DNA of 63,241 nt from Candidatus Falkowbacteria bacterium RIFOXYD12_FULL_34_57 (GTDB lineage Bacteria; Patescibacteriota; Patescibacteriia; Patescibacteriales; UBA12075), in assembly GCA_001780285.1 (NCBI GenBank), contig MFGN01000006.1, positions 1 through 63,241 on the forward strand, given 5' to 3'. Each line of letters begins with the position of its first letter. The first letter of the stretch is position 1. A program made the position numbers and the translations under genes. Below, piece by piece: positions 36,885 to 48,154 of the stretch. The notes under the pieces were generated by a model. It saw nothing but the letters and a program-made list of their open reading frames with translations, did not search any database and was not told the DNA's origin.

Positions 36885-37937
36885 CTATAAATCCGTTTTA
36901 TCCATCTCCCCCGCTCTTTGTTCAAAAATATCTTTAACAAAAACATTTACAGCTGTTGCGACAGGAATAGAAAGAATTGCCCCAACAATACCAGCTACCT
37001 TAAATCCTATCATTAAAACAGCAATACTCACTATTGGGTTTAGTCCTACCACTTTTTGCATCAACTTGGGAACAATAATATTGTTTTCCACTAATTGAAT
37101 AATATAATAAACAATTGCCACAAAAACAGCAAGTGTTGGCGCCTGAGTAAATGACAAAAATATGGCTGGAATAGAAGCAATTATTGGCCCCAAATAAGGC
37201 ACAAATTCTGTTAAGCCAGCAATCAACGCCAAAACCAAGGCATACTTTACATCCAACAAAAGTAAAGCGCAATAAGTAAGCAGGAATATAATTAAAGAAA
37301 GAATAAGTTGGCCACGAAGCCACAATCCAACCTTTTTTTGCATCCTGTTTACAAGTTTCATGATATAAACTTGGTGCTGAGCAGGAGCAACGGACCAAAC
37401 TATTTTTTTCAAAGCATTTTCTTCTACTGTCATATAAAAAGTAATTACCAAAACCAAGAAAAAAGTAAAGATACCTCCAAATATTCCGGAAACCGTAGAA
37501 AAAAATCCACCGGCAGCACCCTGTAAATTATCACTTAAGGATCCAAAACTATTTCTTATCTCATCCAAGAGTCCATGTTTAATAGAATACTCCTTTAATA
37601 TTGAAAAAGCGGAAACTATTTTTTCAAAAATTCTTGGAAAACTTTCTATCAAATCATTAGTCTGCTCTATAATTGGCGGGATAATAAGCCCAACCACCCC
37701 GCCAACAACCGCAAACATCACCAAATAGATAACCAAAATTCCCGCTCCCCGCGGTATCTTTCTTTTTTCCATCCAATCCACCCAGGGGTCAACAGCACTT
37801 GCAAGTATCAAGGAAACAAATAAAATGGCAAGTATTTCTCGAATTAGGTACAAGAAATAAAAAAGAATAAATACTAAAATTATTTTAATAATAGTAAATG
37901 TGGAAATATTAAAAGAGGTGCATTTTTTGTCTTCCAT
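36885..37937 (-). CDS. AI-2E family transporter (PerM/UPF0118-like)
   Basis: 350 aa and 7-8 TM helices. The layout is typical: an N-terminal TM pair, a central soluble loop, and a C-terminal TM bundle with EFVPYLGPII. Confidence 0.75.
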   Translation of the reverse strand: MEDKKCTSFNISTFTIIKIILVFILFYFLYLIREILAILFVSLILASAVDPWVDWMEKRKIPRGAGILVIYLVMFAVVGGVVGLIIPPIIEQTNDLIESFPRIFEKIVSAFSILKEYSIKHGLLDEIRNSFGSLSDNLQGAAGGFFSTVSGIFGGIFTFFLVLVITFYMTVEENALKKIVWSVAPAQHQVYIMKLVNRMQKKVGLWLRGQLILSLIIFLLTYCALLLLDVKYALVLALIAGLTEFVPYLGPIIASIPAIFLSFTQAPTLAVFVAIVYYIIQLVENNIIVPKLMQKVVGLNPIVSIAVLMIGFKVAGIVGAILSIPVATAVNVFVKDIFEQRAGEMDKTDL

Positions 37938-38251
37938 AATATTTTTAGCTTACAAAATTTTAACCTCCAATCCCCGGGGTTCGCCCAAGCACTTTTCGGA
38001 TAATTAAAATCTTAATTATTATTTATAATTATACAATAATTCTAATTATTAAGCAAAATAAAAAATCGGGTTATTACAACCCGAAATTTGATTTAAAAAA
38101 TTACTTTTTTGCTCCTAATCCAGCCCTAATGGATACTTTTTATTTTAAATTCCTGCCCCCCACAATCAAAACAAAAGTTATTTCTATCTATTCTCTGTTT
38201 TGAAGATTTCTTCTTTATATTACAATGCCAATCTCCTTTATTGACAAAAAA

Positions 38252-38518
38252 TTATTTAAAACCCTTTATATCTTCTTCTTTTATTTCCCATTCACACCAC
38301 AACTTAATGTTTACTAGTTCAAACATAGAAAGTTCGGGACAATTTTTTATAATTTGGTCATATACCATTTTATTATCCGGAGGAAATACGCGAATCCCTA
38401 TAAACCCTTCAACTGGCGGCACTTTTTGTTGTCGATTATTTTTACCTCTAAATATCGCTGTATACTTAACCTCAGCAACCATGTTTTTCTGTGTTCCTAT
38501 CCCCTTCTGGTTTTTCAT
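38252..38518 (-). CDS. Small hypothetical protein (88 aa)
   Basis: AAGGAG lies 8 nt before the ATG at 38518. Its TAA stop is followed in frame by 41 more open codons (see findings). A terminator lies at about 38064-38090. Confidence 0.6.
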   Translation of the reverse strand: MKNQKGIGTQKNMVAEVKYTAIFRGKNNRQQKVPPVEGFIGIRVFPPDNKMVYDQIIKNCPELSMFELVNIKLWCEWEIKEEDIKGFK

Positions 38519-38743
38519 GATTTTTTCTCCTTATAAATTTATAATAAAAAGAGCTGATTTGTTAATTAAAATAATTTTCTCAAAACTATATCATAAATTA
38601 ATAAATTTGTCAAACAGATAAAAATTGACATTATGGTTGACATACTTTCATTTTCTGCTAGTATTACTTATGCACCATTCAGGGCGAGAGACAAAAAGTC
38701 TCTGAAAAACAAAAAATATCTATTATTCAAGAGGAGGAAATTA

Positions 38744-39025
38744 ATGAAATTTCGGTTGCAATTTTGGAGTTCTGCAGAACTGGGTATCTTATCAAGAAAA
38801 GATGTTGAAAAATACTGCTTCATACACGCCATCCAAGAGGAAACTGATATAAACAAGCTCAACGAAGAAAATTTTCAAAACAATGAATATACCGAAGCTA
38901 TGACGCTTCAAGAAATTCAACTATTCATAAAAAAAGATCCGGAAAAATATATCGGCCGCGATGCGCAAAAATGCATCGGAGTTTGTCTTGAAGAATGTTA
39001 CGGCGAATTAATCACCTTTGAATAA
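38744..39025 (+). CDS. Small hypothetical protein (93 aa)
   Basis: The track ORF starts at 38633, but AGGAGG at 38732-38737 precedes the ATG at 38744 (MKFRLQFWSS...). TTGACA-16-TAGTAT lies at about 38637-38664. A terminator lies at 39049-39074. Confidence 0.6.
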   Translation: MKFRLQFWSSAELGILSRKDVEKYCFIHAIQEETDINKLNEENFQNNEYTEAMTLQEIQLFIKKDPEKYIGRDAQKCIGVCLEECYGELITFE

Positions 39026-39048
39026 TAAATCAAAATAAAACAAAAAAT

Positions 39049-39074
39049 GCGAAGCAACAATGCTTCGCTTTTAT
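39049..39074 (+). terminator. Intrinsic terminator
   Basis: gcgaagcaacaatgcttcgc followed by ttttatttt. Confidence 0.8.
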
Positions 39075-39154
39075 TTTTATTTCCAACAATAAAATACGAA
39101 CATTCTTTTAAAAATAAACGACTTGGCTATAAACTTATTTAAACTAACAATATA

Positions 39155-39186
39155 AAAAATCCGATTAAAAATTAATCGGATTTTTT
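39155..39186 (-). terminator. Intrinsic terminator after groEL
   Basis: aaaaaatccgattaaaaattaatcggatttttt. Confidence 0.8.
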
Positions 39187-39251
39187 ATATTTTAGGCTCT
39201 TATCTATTCGCAATTCGCATTATTAGTATAATCGCATATTAGCATCACGCC

Positions 39252-40928
<1,677 letters not shown>

Positions 40929-41031
40929 TCAAAGTGCAAAATGCAAAACTAAAAACTTAAAAGTCGCTTATGCGGTATATAGTCTTACATATTTACCTTC
41001 GGGTTTATTTTAATTAAAATTAAATTTTTAA

Positions 41032-41319
41032 TTATCCTAAAATTGCGAGGATATCGCTTTCGCTTATTATTAAAAGCTCTTCACCGTCAACCTTGATTTC
41101 ATCCGGTGAATATTTTTTGAACATTACAATGTCTCCTTTTTTGACGCTCATTGGCGCTTTTTGTCCGTTGTCCAAAACCTTGCCATCACCCACAGCAATT
41201 ACTTCTCCTCTCTCCGGTCTTTCTTTGTCTATTGTATCTGGCAAAATAATTCCCGATGCTGTAACATTGTCTTCTATGATGGGTTTTACCACCACATTAG
41301 AATGAATTGGTTTTATCAT
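41032..41319 (-). CDS. groES: Co-chaperonin GroES
   Basis: 95 aa: MIKPIHSNVVVKPIIEDNVTASGIILPDT...GEVIAVGDG. Confidence 0.95.
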   Translation of the reverse strand: MIKPIHSNVVVKPIIEDNVTASGIILPDTIDKERPERGEVIAVGDGKVLDNGQKAPMSVKKGDIVMFKKYSPDEIKVDGEELLIISESDILAILG

Positions 41320-41392
41320 AAATAGATTTATCCATCACTAGAAATATTAATAAAATAATATTCTCTAATGATAGAAAATAATTAATTATAGA

Positions 41393-41419
41393 TTAGCACT
41401 CTCAAGTTCAAAGTGCTAA
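41393..41419. promoter_or_regulatory. CIRCE element (HrcA operator)
   Basis: TTAGCACTC-tcaagttca-AAGTGCTAA against the consensus TTAGCACTC-N9-GAGTGCTAA, with one mismatch. It lies between the promoter and groES. Confidence 0.85.
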
Positions 41420-41436
41420 AATCTCTCTGTTATAGT

Positions 41437-41465
41437 ATTTTACCCTTCACAAAAAATATTGTCAA
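41437..41465 (-). promoter_or_regulatory. groESL promoter
   Basis: Minus strand: TTGACA (41460-41465), 17 nt, TAAAAT (41437-41442). Confidence 0.65.
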
Positions 41466-41489
41466 GTTAACTAATATTAGCAAAAATTT

Positions 41490-41519
41490 AAAAACCAACC
41501 AAAGAGTTTGGTTGGTTTT
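41490..41519 (-). terminator. Intrinsic terminator after the V-ATPase operon
   Basis: Minus strand: aaaaccaaccaaactctttggttggttttt. Confidence 0.8.
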
Positions 41520-41595
41520 CATTACTTTTAACTTTTTAAATCACAATAGAAAATAATAAAAATTTGATTCACATCCAAAATAAACTTTCTCTCAA

Positions 41596-42231
41596 TTAAA
41601 CCGCTTCTTCCTGCGCTTCCATTTCATTTTTGATAATCATCGTAGTAATAATCGTAGACCTTTCCTGTTCATTTAACTTGGAGGTAATATATTTAAAGGT
41701 TTCCGCCATATCCGGAATAAAAACATACTCTAGGGCATTTACTCTTCTTCTGGTCTTCTCAATTTCAGCTGCCATCAATTTTGCGGAATGCTCTTTTTCC
41801 GCCAAATTCACCAAATCCTTTAAGGTATCGGAAAATATTTTTAAAGAAGTGTCTAGTTCTCCACTGGTAGTAGCAAGGCTATAAGAAAGAAAATCTCCCT
41901 CTTCCTTGTAAGTAAATCGAGGCACATTAACACTCATTACATTTTTAGTATCCGCTTCTAGTCTTATTTTTTTAGACGGCACCGCAAAAGCTTCTTCAAT
42001 TTCTTCCTTGTTCATATCGGCTCCGGCAAATAAAAAAGCTTTGAATCCCAAGGCTAGCTTGTCCTCTACTGATTCTCGTAAGGTTTTTACTTCCCTGATA
42101 ATCGCCATAAACTCTTTCATGAGGCCATCGCGCTTCTCTTTTAGTAATTTATGCCCACGCTTCGCAGTAACAAGCTTCTTTTTCAACTTAATCAACTCCA
42201 TTCTGGTGGGATTTATTTTTAATATAGCCAT
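41596..42231 (-). CDS. ntpD: V/A-type ATPase subunit D
   Basis: 211 aa. Starts MAILKINPTRMELIKLKKKL..A.RGHKLLKEKRD. Coiled-coil central stalk. Last gene of the operon. Confidence 0.9.
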   Translation of the reverse strand: MAILKINPTRMELIKLKKKLVTAKRGHKLLKEKRDGLMKEFMAIIREVKTLRESVEDKLALGFKAFLFAGADMNKEEIEEAFAVPSKKIRLEADTKNVMSVNVPRFTYKEEGDFLSYSLATTSGELDTSLKIFSDTLKDLVNLAEKEHSAKLMAAEIEKTRRRVNALEYVFIPDMAETFKYITSKLNEQERSTIITTMIIKNEMEAQEEAV

Positions 42232-42289
42232 ATTTTATTCAGGCAATAGCAGTAAGCAACGGATAATATTTATTGTTGCTTACTACTTG

Positions 42290-43669
42290 TTACTTGCTTT
42301 TTGGTAAATATTTCTCAATTTGTTTTTCTTTTAATCTCTTTAATTCTTCTCTTGGCAAGATGGTTAAAAGTTTCCATGCTCTGTCTAATGTGTCTTTTTC
42401 TAATTCACGATTTTCAGCAATTCCTTGTCTAATATATGTATTTTCAAATTCATCTGCAAAGTGCGAATATTTTTTGTCAGCATCAGAAAGAGCCGCTTCA
42501 CCCAAAATGACAGCGAGTTCTTTAGCCTCTTTTCCACGAGCATAGGCAGAAAAAAGCTGATTGGCTAAATCTCCATGATCTTCTCTGGTTTTTTTACCCC
42601 AAACCTTTTGCGCCAAGCGAGAAAGTGATGGCAGCACATCTACCGGCGGATAAATACCCCTTCTGTGTAACTCCCTAGAAAGGATAATCTGTCCTTCAGT
42701 AATATAACCTGTCAAATCAGGAATTGGATGAGTTTTATCATCTTCAGGCATAGTAAGTACGGGAATTTGAGTAATAGAACCCTTCTTGCCCTTAATGCGA
42801 CCGGCTCTTTCATAAAGGGTGGAAAGGTCGGTATACAGATATCCTGGGTAACCACGCCTTCCTGGAATTTCTTTTCTGGCAGCTGATACTTCGCGCAAAG
42901 CCTCACAATAGTTGGTTAAATCAGTTAATATCACCAAAACATGCATATCCTTTTCAAATGCCAAATACTCGGCTGTGGTCAGAGCCATTCTTGGCAAAGT
43001 AATTCTTTCTACCACCGGATCATTAGCTAAATTCATATACAAAACAGATCTTTCAATTGCTCCTGTTTCTTTAAATTGATTAATAAAATATTCCGCTTCT
43101 TCAAATGTAATACCCATCGCACCAAAGACTACTGCAAACTCTGAATCTGAATCATCTTTTACTCTTGCCTGTCTTGCGATTTGAGCGGCTACTTCCGAGT
43201 GGGGCAAACCAGCCCCAGAAAAAATAGGCAACTTTTGTCCGCGTACCAAAATATTCATTCCATCTATAGAGGAAATTCCGGTCTGAATAAAGTCATTGGG
43301 GAAATCTCTGGAGTAAGGATTAATTGGCGCACCATTAATATCAACTTCTTTTTCAGCAATAATATCCGGACCCCCATCTTTTACTCTACCAGCACCGGTA
43401 AAAATACGACCAAGCATGTCCGGAGATACGGCAATAGTCATGGTTTTACCTAAAAATTTTGCCTTACTTTTTTTCAAATTAATTCCACGGCTCTCTTCAA
43501 ACATTTGCACTACCGCTTTTTCCTCATCCACCTCCAAAACTCTCCCTAAACGGATTTCTCCATTTGGTAATTCTATCTCAACTATTTCTTCGTATTTTAC
43601 ATCCCTAACCTTATCTACAATCATGAGTGGTCCCGCAACTTCTTTGATTGTTTTATATTCTTTTTGCAT
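42290..43669 (-). CDS. ntpB: V/A-type ATPase subunit B
   Basis: 459 aa. Has [39 protein letters not shown] and [12 protein letters not shown]. Confidence 0.95.
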   Translation of the reverse strand: MQKEYKTIKEVAGPLMIVDKVRDVKYEEIVEIELPNGEIRLGRVLEVDEEKAVVQMFEESRGINLKKSKAKFLGKTMTIAVSPDMLGRIFTGAGRVKDGGPDIIAEKEVDINGAPINPYSRDFPNDFIQTGISSIDGMNILVRGQKLPIFSGAGLPHSEVAAQIARQARVKDDSDSEFAVVFGAMGITFEEAEYFINQFKETGAIERSVLYMNLANDPVVERITLPRMALTTAEYLAFEKDMHVLVILTDLTNYCEALREVSAARKEIPGRRGYPGYLYTDLSTLYERAGRIKGKKGSITQIPVLTMPEDDKTHPIPDLTGYITEGQIILSRELHRRGIYPPVDVLPSLSRLAQKVWGKKTREDHGDLANQLFSAYARGKEAKELAVILGEAALSDADKKYSHFADEFENTYIRQGIAENRELEKDTLDRAWKLLTILPREELKRLKEKQIEKYLPKSK

Positions 43670-43692
43670 AAATTTATTTTAATATATAATTA

Positions 43693-45435
43693 TTAGCCGT
43701 AAAGCTTTCTAATTTCACTTTTTACATTATCAATCAGTTCTTCATATAAACTATTATCCTTGAGCCATTTACATTTAATAACCTCTGTTTTTATTGGCAG
43801 GTTAACCAAATCATTTAGCTTAATTTCCCTATCCAGAGCCCTTTTTGCTTCTTTGTGAAAAGTTATTATGGACCTTAATATGTAATATTGTTTTTTCAGT
43901 GATGTATAGGTATCTTCATCGTCAAAAGCATTCTGGTGTAAAAAATCTTCACGCAAAGATTTTGTAGTATTCAAAACTAATTGTTCTCTGGCAGACAAAG
44001 CGTCAACTCCCACTAAACGAACAATTTCTTCAAGCCTTGCTTCTTCCTGAAGTAGGTTCATGGCTTCATTTCTAATTTCCGGCCAATCTTCTCCGGCCTC
44101 TCTGCGCATATAATCCAAAACATCATTTTCATATAAAGAGTAACTGTTAAGCCAATTTATTGCCGGAAAGTGGCGTTTAAATGCTAACTTGTCATCAAGT
44201 CCCCAAAAAACCTTTGCTACCCGCAAAGTATTTTGTGTTACCGGTTCAGATAAATCCCCACCCGGAGGCGAAACAGCTCCCACTACAGTAAGCGCCCCTT
44301 CTCGACTCTCCGATCCCAAACACTTTACTTTTCCTGCTCTTTCATAGAATGCGGCCGTCTTAGAGCCCAAATAAGCAGGATATCCCTCTTCCCCGGGCAT
44401 TTCTCCTAGGCGTCCCGATATTTCCCTTAAGGCCTCTGCCCATCTAGATGTGGAATCTGCCATCAAGGCCACTCTGTATCCCATGTCACGAAAATATTCA
44501 GCAATTGTTATTCCGGTATAAATAGATGCTTCGCGGGCTGCCACTGGCATATTAGAAGTATTGGCGATTAAAACAGTTCTTTCCATTAATGGCTTTCCCG
44601 TTTTTGGGTCTTCAAGTTCTGGAAACTCTAAAAGCACATCGGTCATTTCATTTCCACGCTCTCCGCATCCAATAAAAATAACTATCTCGGTGTCAGACCA
44701 TTTAGCAAGTTGGTGCTGCACCACTGTCTTACCAGCCCCAAATGGTCCGGGTACACACGCTGTACCACCCTGCACCACAGGAAAAAAAGTATCAATCACT
44801 CTTTGTCCGGTAATCATTGGCTCTCTTGGAGCTAATTTATTTTTTGTTGGTCTTGGGGCTCTAATTGGCCAAATTTGTAACATACAAATCTTTTTTCCAC
44901 CAACTTCAGCCACAATCTCTTCGATAGTAAATTCTCCGGCCTTAATATTATTAATTGTACCGCTAATTCCTGGTGGCACCATTATTTTATGCACAACTAA
45001 ACTGGTCTCCTGAACTGTTCCAATAATATCACCCTCCTCTACCTTATCCCCATTTTTTACAATCGGTTCAAATTTCCATTTTTTTGCGCGATCAAGACCA
45101 GGAACACTGATTCCTCTGGTAATAAACGGACCAGCAGCTTCTTCTAAAAGCCTTAAGGGCCTTTGAATTCCATCATAAAAATTAGTAAGAAGCCCTGGGC
45201 CAAGTTCTACTGAAAGTGAATGACCCTCCAAATAAACAGGTTCTCCTGGTCCAATACCAGAAGTATCTTCATATACCTGTATAGAGGCCTTATCTCCCCT
45301 CATTTCAATAATTTCTCCAATAAGTTTATGTTCGCTTACCTTTACCACATCATAAATATTAGCATCTTCCATTCCTTTTGCTACAATCAACGGACCGGAG
45401 ACTTTAACAATTGTTCCATGTTTTATATTTGTCAT
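43693..45435 (-). CDS. ntpA: V/A-type ATPase catalytic subunit A
   Basis: 580 aa. Walker A is [11 protein letters not shown]. Has the non-homologous insert typical of A subunits, plus [16 protein letters not shown]. Confidence 0.96.
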   Translation of the reverse strand: MTNIKHGTIVKVSGPLIVAKGMEDANIYDVVKVSEHKLIGEIIEMRGDKASIQVYEDTSGIGPGEPVYLEGHSLSVELGPGLLTNFYDGIQRPLRLLEEAAGPFITRGISVPGLDRAKKWKFEPIVKNGDKVEEGDIIGTVQETSLVVHKIMVPPGISGTINNIKAGEFTIEEIVAEVGGKKICMLQIWPIRAPRPTKNKLAPREPMITGQRVIDTFFPVVQGGTACVPGPFGAGKTVVQHQLAKWSDTEIVIFIGCGERGNEMTDVLLEFPELEDPKTGKPLMERTVLIANTSNMPVAAREASIYTGITIAEYFRDMGYRVALMADSTSRWAEALREISGRLGEMPGEEGYPAYLGSKTAAFYERAGKVKCLGSESREGALTVVGAVSPPGGDLSEPVTQNTLRVAKVFWGLDDKLAFKRHFPAINWLNSYSLYENDVLDYMRREAGEDWPEIRNEAMNLLQEEARLEEIVRLVGVDALSAREQLVLNTTKSLREDFLHQNAFDDEDTYTSLKKQYYILRSIITFHKEAKRALDREIKLNDLVNLPIKTEVIKCKWLKDNSLYEELIDNVKSEIRKLYG

Positions 45436-45585
45436 ATTTTTATTAAAATTTTTAATTTTTATAATTTTTAATTTTTAAATAAAATATTAAATTATAATTT
45501 TTAAACCATTCCATAAAACAACTTATTTTGTTTTTAAAAAATTAAAACATTATTTATAAAATTAAAAATTACAAAATTATAAAAA

Positions 45586-45918
45586 TTATTTAAGAATATC
45601 CGAACCAACTGCCTGCTCTACTATCTTTTTCAAATTCTTAAGCGCCACACCAGAGCTCCCCTTCGGTGATGGTACTGAAACGATAGCTGGCAGGGCGCGT
45701 GAGTAATATTCATCTAAAACTTTTTCTAATTTTTCTGCCCAATCTTCTGTAATAAAAACAATGGCATAATTTCCGCTATCCAAAATCTTTACAGCTTGTT
45801 CCTTGGCATTATTATCATTTAACCCAAAAACATCAATCCCCAGACTGCTAAATCCAAGAATGGCATTGTGATTTCCAATTATTGCAATTTTATACTCTTT
45901 CATATGAAATTTAGTCAT
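45586..45918 (-). CDS. V/A-type ATPase subunit F
   Basis: 110 aa (possibly starting at MKEYKIAIIG, 45903). Has IAIIGNHNAILGFSSLGIDVF and occupies the expected position between C and A. Confidence 0.85.
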   Translation of the reverse strand: MTKFHMKEYKIAIIGNHNAILGFSSLGIDVFGLNDNNAKEQAVKILDSGNYAIVFITEDWAEKLEKVLDEYYSRALPAIVSVPSPKGSSGVALKNLKKIVEQAVGSDILK

Positions 45919-45987
45919 CCGCTTAAGGCGGACCAGTTCTTTATTGTTTTTATTGTAAATTAAAGAGTCAAAAATCTATAAAATCAA

Positions 45988-46980
45988 TTAATATAAATTT
46001 CGCACCCTTTCTTTTATTTCTTCTCCTTTAATATTATTAATTTTTCCGGCCATAATAATCTGGATGTTGTGAATAGCGTTTACTTTTGCTAAAAAATAAG
46101 CCACCAAAACAAAAGGACCCTCTTTCTTAATGTGCGACTCTTGCAGCAATGCCACTATATGGTTATCCATCCCTTTTTCAAAACGCCAAAAATCACCTGA
46201 TTCTAAAAAAATATTTAAACTATTCTTTATTTGTAAATTAATAAATAAATCACTGATATCGTTTACCATTTCATGTAGACCCTTTTTGTATGCTCTGAGT
46301 AAATTGTTTTCATTACCGCCGACAATCGTATCTTTGCGCACATCATCCACGGGGCGATCTAATAATTTACTTCGAAGAACCAGCTTAATATTAGCAATAT
46401 CGATTTTTATTTTTATAAAGTCTATTAAATCTCTGTCTTTCATCTTAATAGCCTTATTTAAAATAAATTCAAAGTATTTTTTATCAAAATAAGCATCAAT
46501 TATTTGTGGTGTATTATTTTTTTCAAAAATTTCACAAGCATCTTTTATGATATCGCCATATTCGGGTGGTATATCGCTTGACGCCCCCTTGTTCAAAATA
46601 ACATTATAAAATTTTTCTTTTCCAATCATCCCCAGAGAGCTTAAATCTTCAATCTTTATATCTTTCCCGGCATACTTTGTCTTGAAAATAATTTTCAAAT
46701 TATTAAAATCATAAGGAGCTAACATTAAATCCAACACCCGCTTGTCTGGTGCGATAGATGACACAAAATCTCTCACCTGCCCCAAGTCATGAGCTAAAAC
46801 TTCTTCGTATTGCTCTGGATTGTCCACATCTAAAAGTTCATCAGCATAACTGAGGTCGTTAAAAATTTTAAAGCTCTTGTCGGCACTAGGAGCATCTATC
46901 ATTCTCTCCATATCATTATAATCAAATAATTTTTTTTCTACCTCCCTAATGGCTCCGGTTGGAAATAAGTATGAATTCAT
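45988..46980 (-). CDS. ntpC: V/A-type ATPase subunit C (d-like)
   Basis: The track ORF extends to 47034 and overlaps subunit E. The ATG at 46980 ([19 protein letters not shown]) avoids the overlap. All-helical, about 330 aa, in the expected position. Confidence 0.8.
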
Positions 46981-47005
46981 AAAATTAATAAAAATTTTGA
47001 ATTTA

Positions 47006-47575
47006 TTATTCAAAAAGACGCTTTGCAATTTCAACGCTAAATTCTTTTTTACTGGTGTTTATATAATTTTCTATGGTGTTATTAACTTCAACAATTTTAG
47101 AGGACAAAATAAAACCATCTTCCCCTTTTGGTAAATTTTTATCAGAAATTTTGTATGACAATCCCGCCTTTTGTATAGCTTTTTTTATCAAATCTTTTTT
47201 AGATGAGGAGGTAATAATTTCTGCATCTTCTACCATGTCAGTACTCTGAAGCATTTTAACCATCAAATTTATGAATTCTTCATCGTTCAACTTCAACAAT
47301 TTTTCTTTTGCAGTTTCAAAAACCTGATCAATAAGTTCTTGTTTAACGGTTAGAAGAATATTCTTCTTTAACATTCTTTCCTTAAACTCTGTTTGTTCTT
47401 GTATTTTCAATGCTCTTTCTTTACTTCTATCTTTTATAATTTGAATAGCGTTCACGATTTGCTGGTTTTTTTCTGCTAAAATTTTGTCCAATTCTTTTTG
47501 GCCATCACCTATAATATTCTCGGCTTTTTTATTAGCATCTGATAATATTTTGTTTGTAATATCGGTTAAAGACAT
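47006..47575 (-). CDS. ntpE: V/A-type ATPase subunit E
   Basis: 189 aa. N-terminal coiled coil ([13 protein letters not shown]...) plus a globular C-terminus. Confidence 0.85.
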
Positions 47576-47632
47576 AATATTGATTTATTGCGATTCTAAA
47601 TTACGAATTTCGAAATTTATTAAGATATTTAA

Positions 47633-48103
47633 CTATCCCACATTAATTCCGTTTAAAATTAATAAGCTTGTAAGCAATCCGAACACAGCATAAGTTTCTA
47701 CCATAGCGGCATAAATTACACCCTTGCCGACTTGGTCTGGTCTTTTAGCGAGTAAATAACAACCACTGGCACAAACTTTTCCCTGAAAAATTCCAGAAAA
47801 AAATCCAGTAAAGGCTATTGGTGTGCAAGCAAAAAATATTTGCCATCCAACATTTATATCAATCATTATAACCGATCCCAATAAACCAACTTTGGTCATA
47901 ACTAAAATTGCGGTTAAAAGACCATAGATTCCTTGGGTGCCAGGTAAGGCCTGCAGCAACAAAGTTTTACCAAATTTTTCAGGGTCTTCAGAAATTACTC
48001 CCGCTGCAGCTTGACCCGCAGTTCCAATACCATGTGCCGACCCAATACCGGACAATATAACGGCAAGAGCGGCACCTGAAATAGCAATTGCTAATCCTAA
48101 CAT
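47633..48103 (-). CDS. ntpK: V/A-type ATPase proteolipid subunit K (4-TM, duplicated hairpin)
   Basis: 156 aa. Has LSGIGSAHGIGTAG, LLLQALPGTQGIYG, FFSGIFQGKV and YAAMVETYAVFGL. Very close in pattern to Enterococcus hirae NtpK. Confidence 0.93.
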   Translation of the reverse strand: MLGLAIAISGAALAVILSGIGSAHGIGTAGQAAAGVISEDPEKFGKTLLLQALPGTQGIYGLLTAILVMTKVGLLGSVIMIDINVGWQIFFACTPIAFTGFFSGIFQGKVCASGCYLLAKRPDQVGKGVIYAAMVETYAVFGLLTSLLILNGINVG

Positions 48104-48154
48104 AGTTTTTTTATTAATGTGGAAATATATTTTTTATAATTCCAAATTAATCAA

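Noticed and set aside
45919-45945. Hairpin tccgc-ttaag-gcgga upstream of V-ATPase subunit F as a fourth copy of the repeat family
   Set aside because: Only about 18 nt resemble the tccgcctgaggcggac hairpin of the repeat, and none of the flanking modules are present. This is too short to call.
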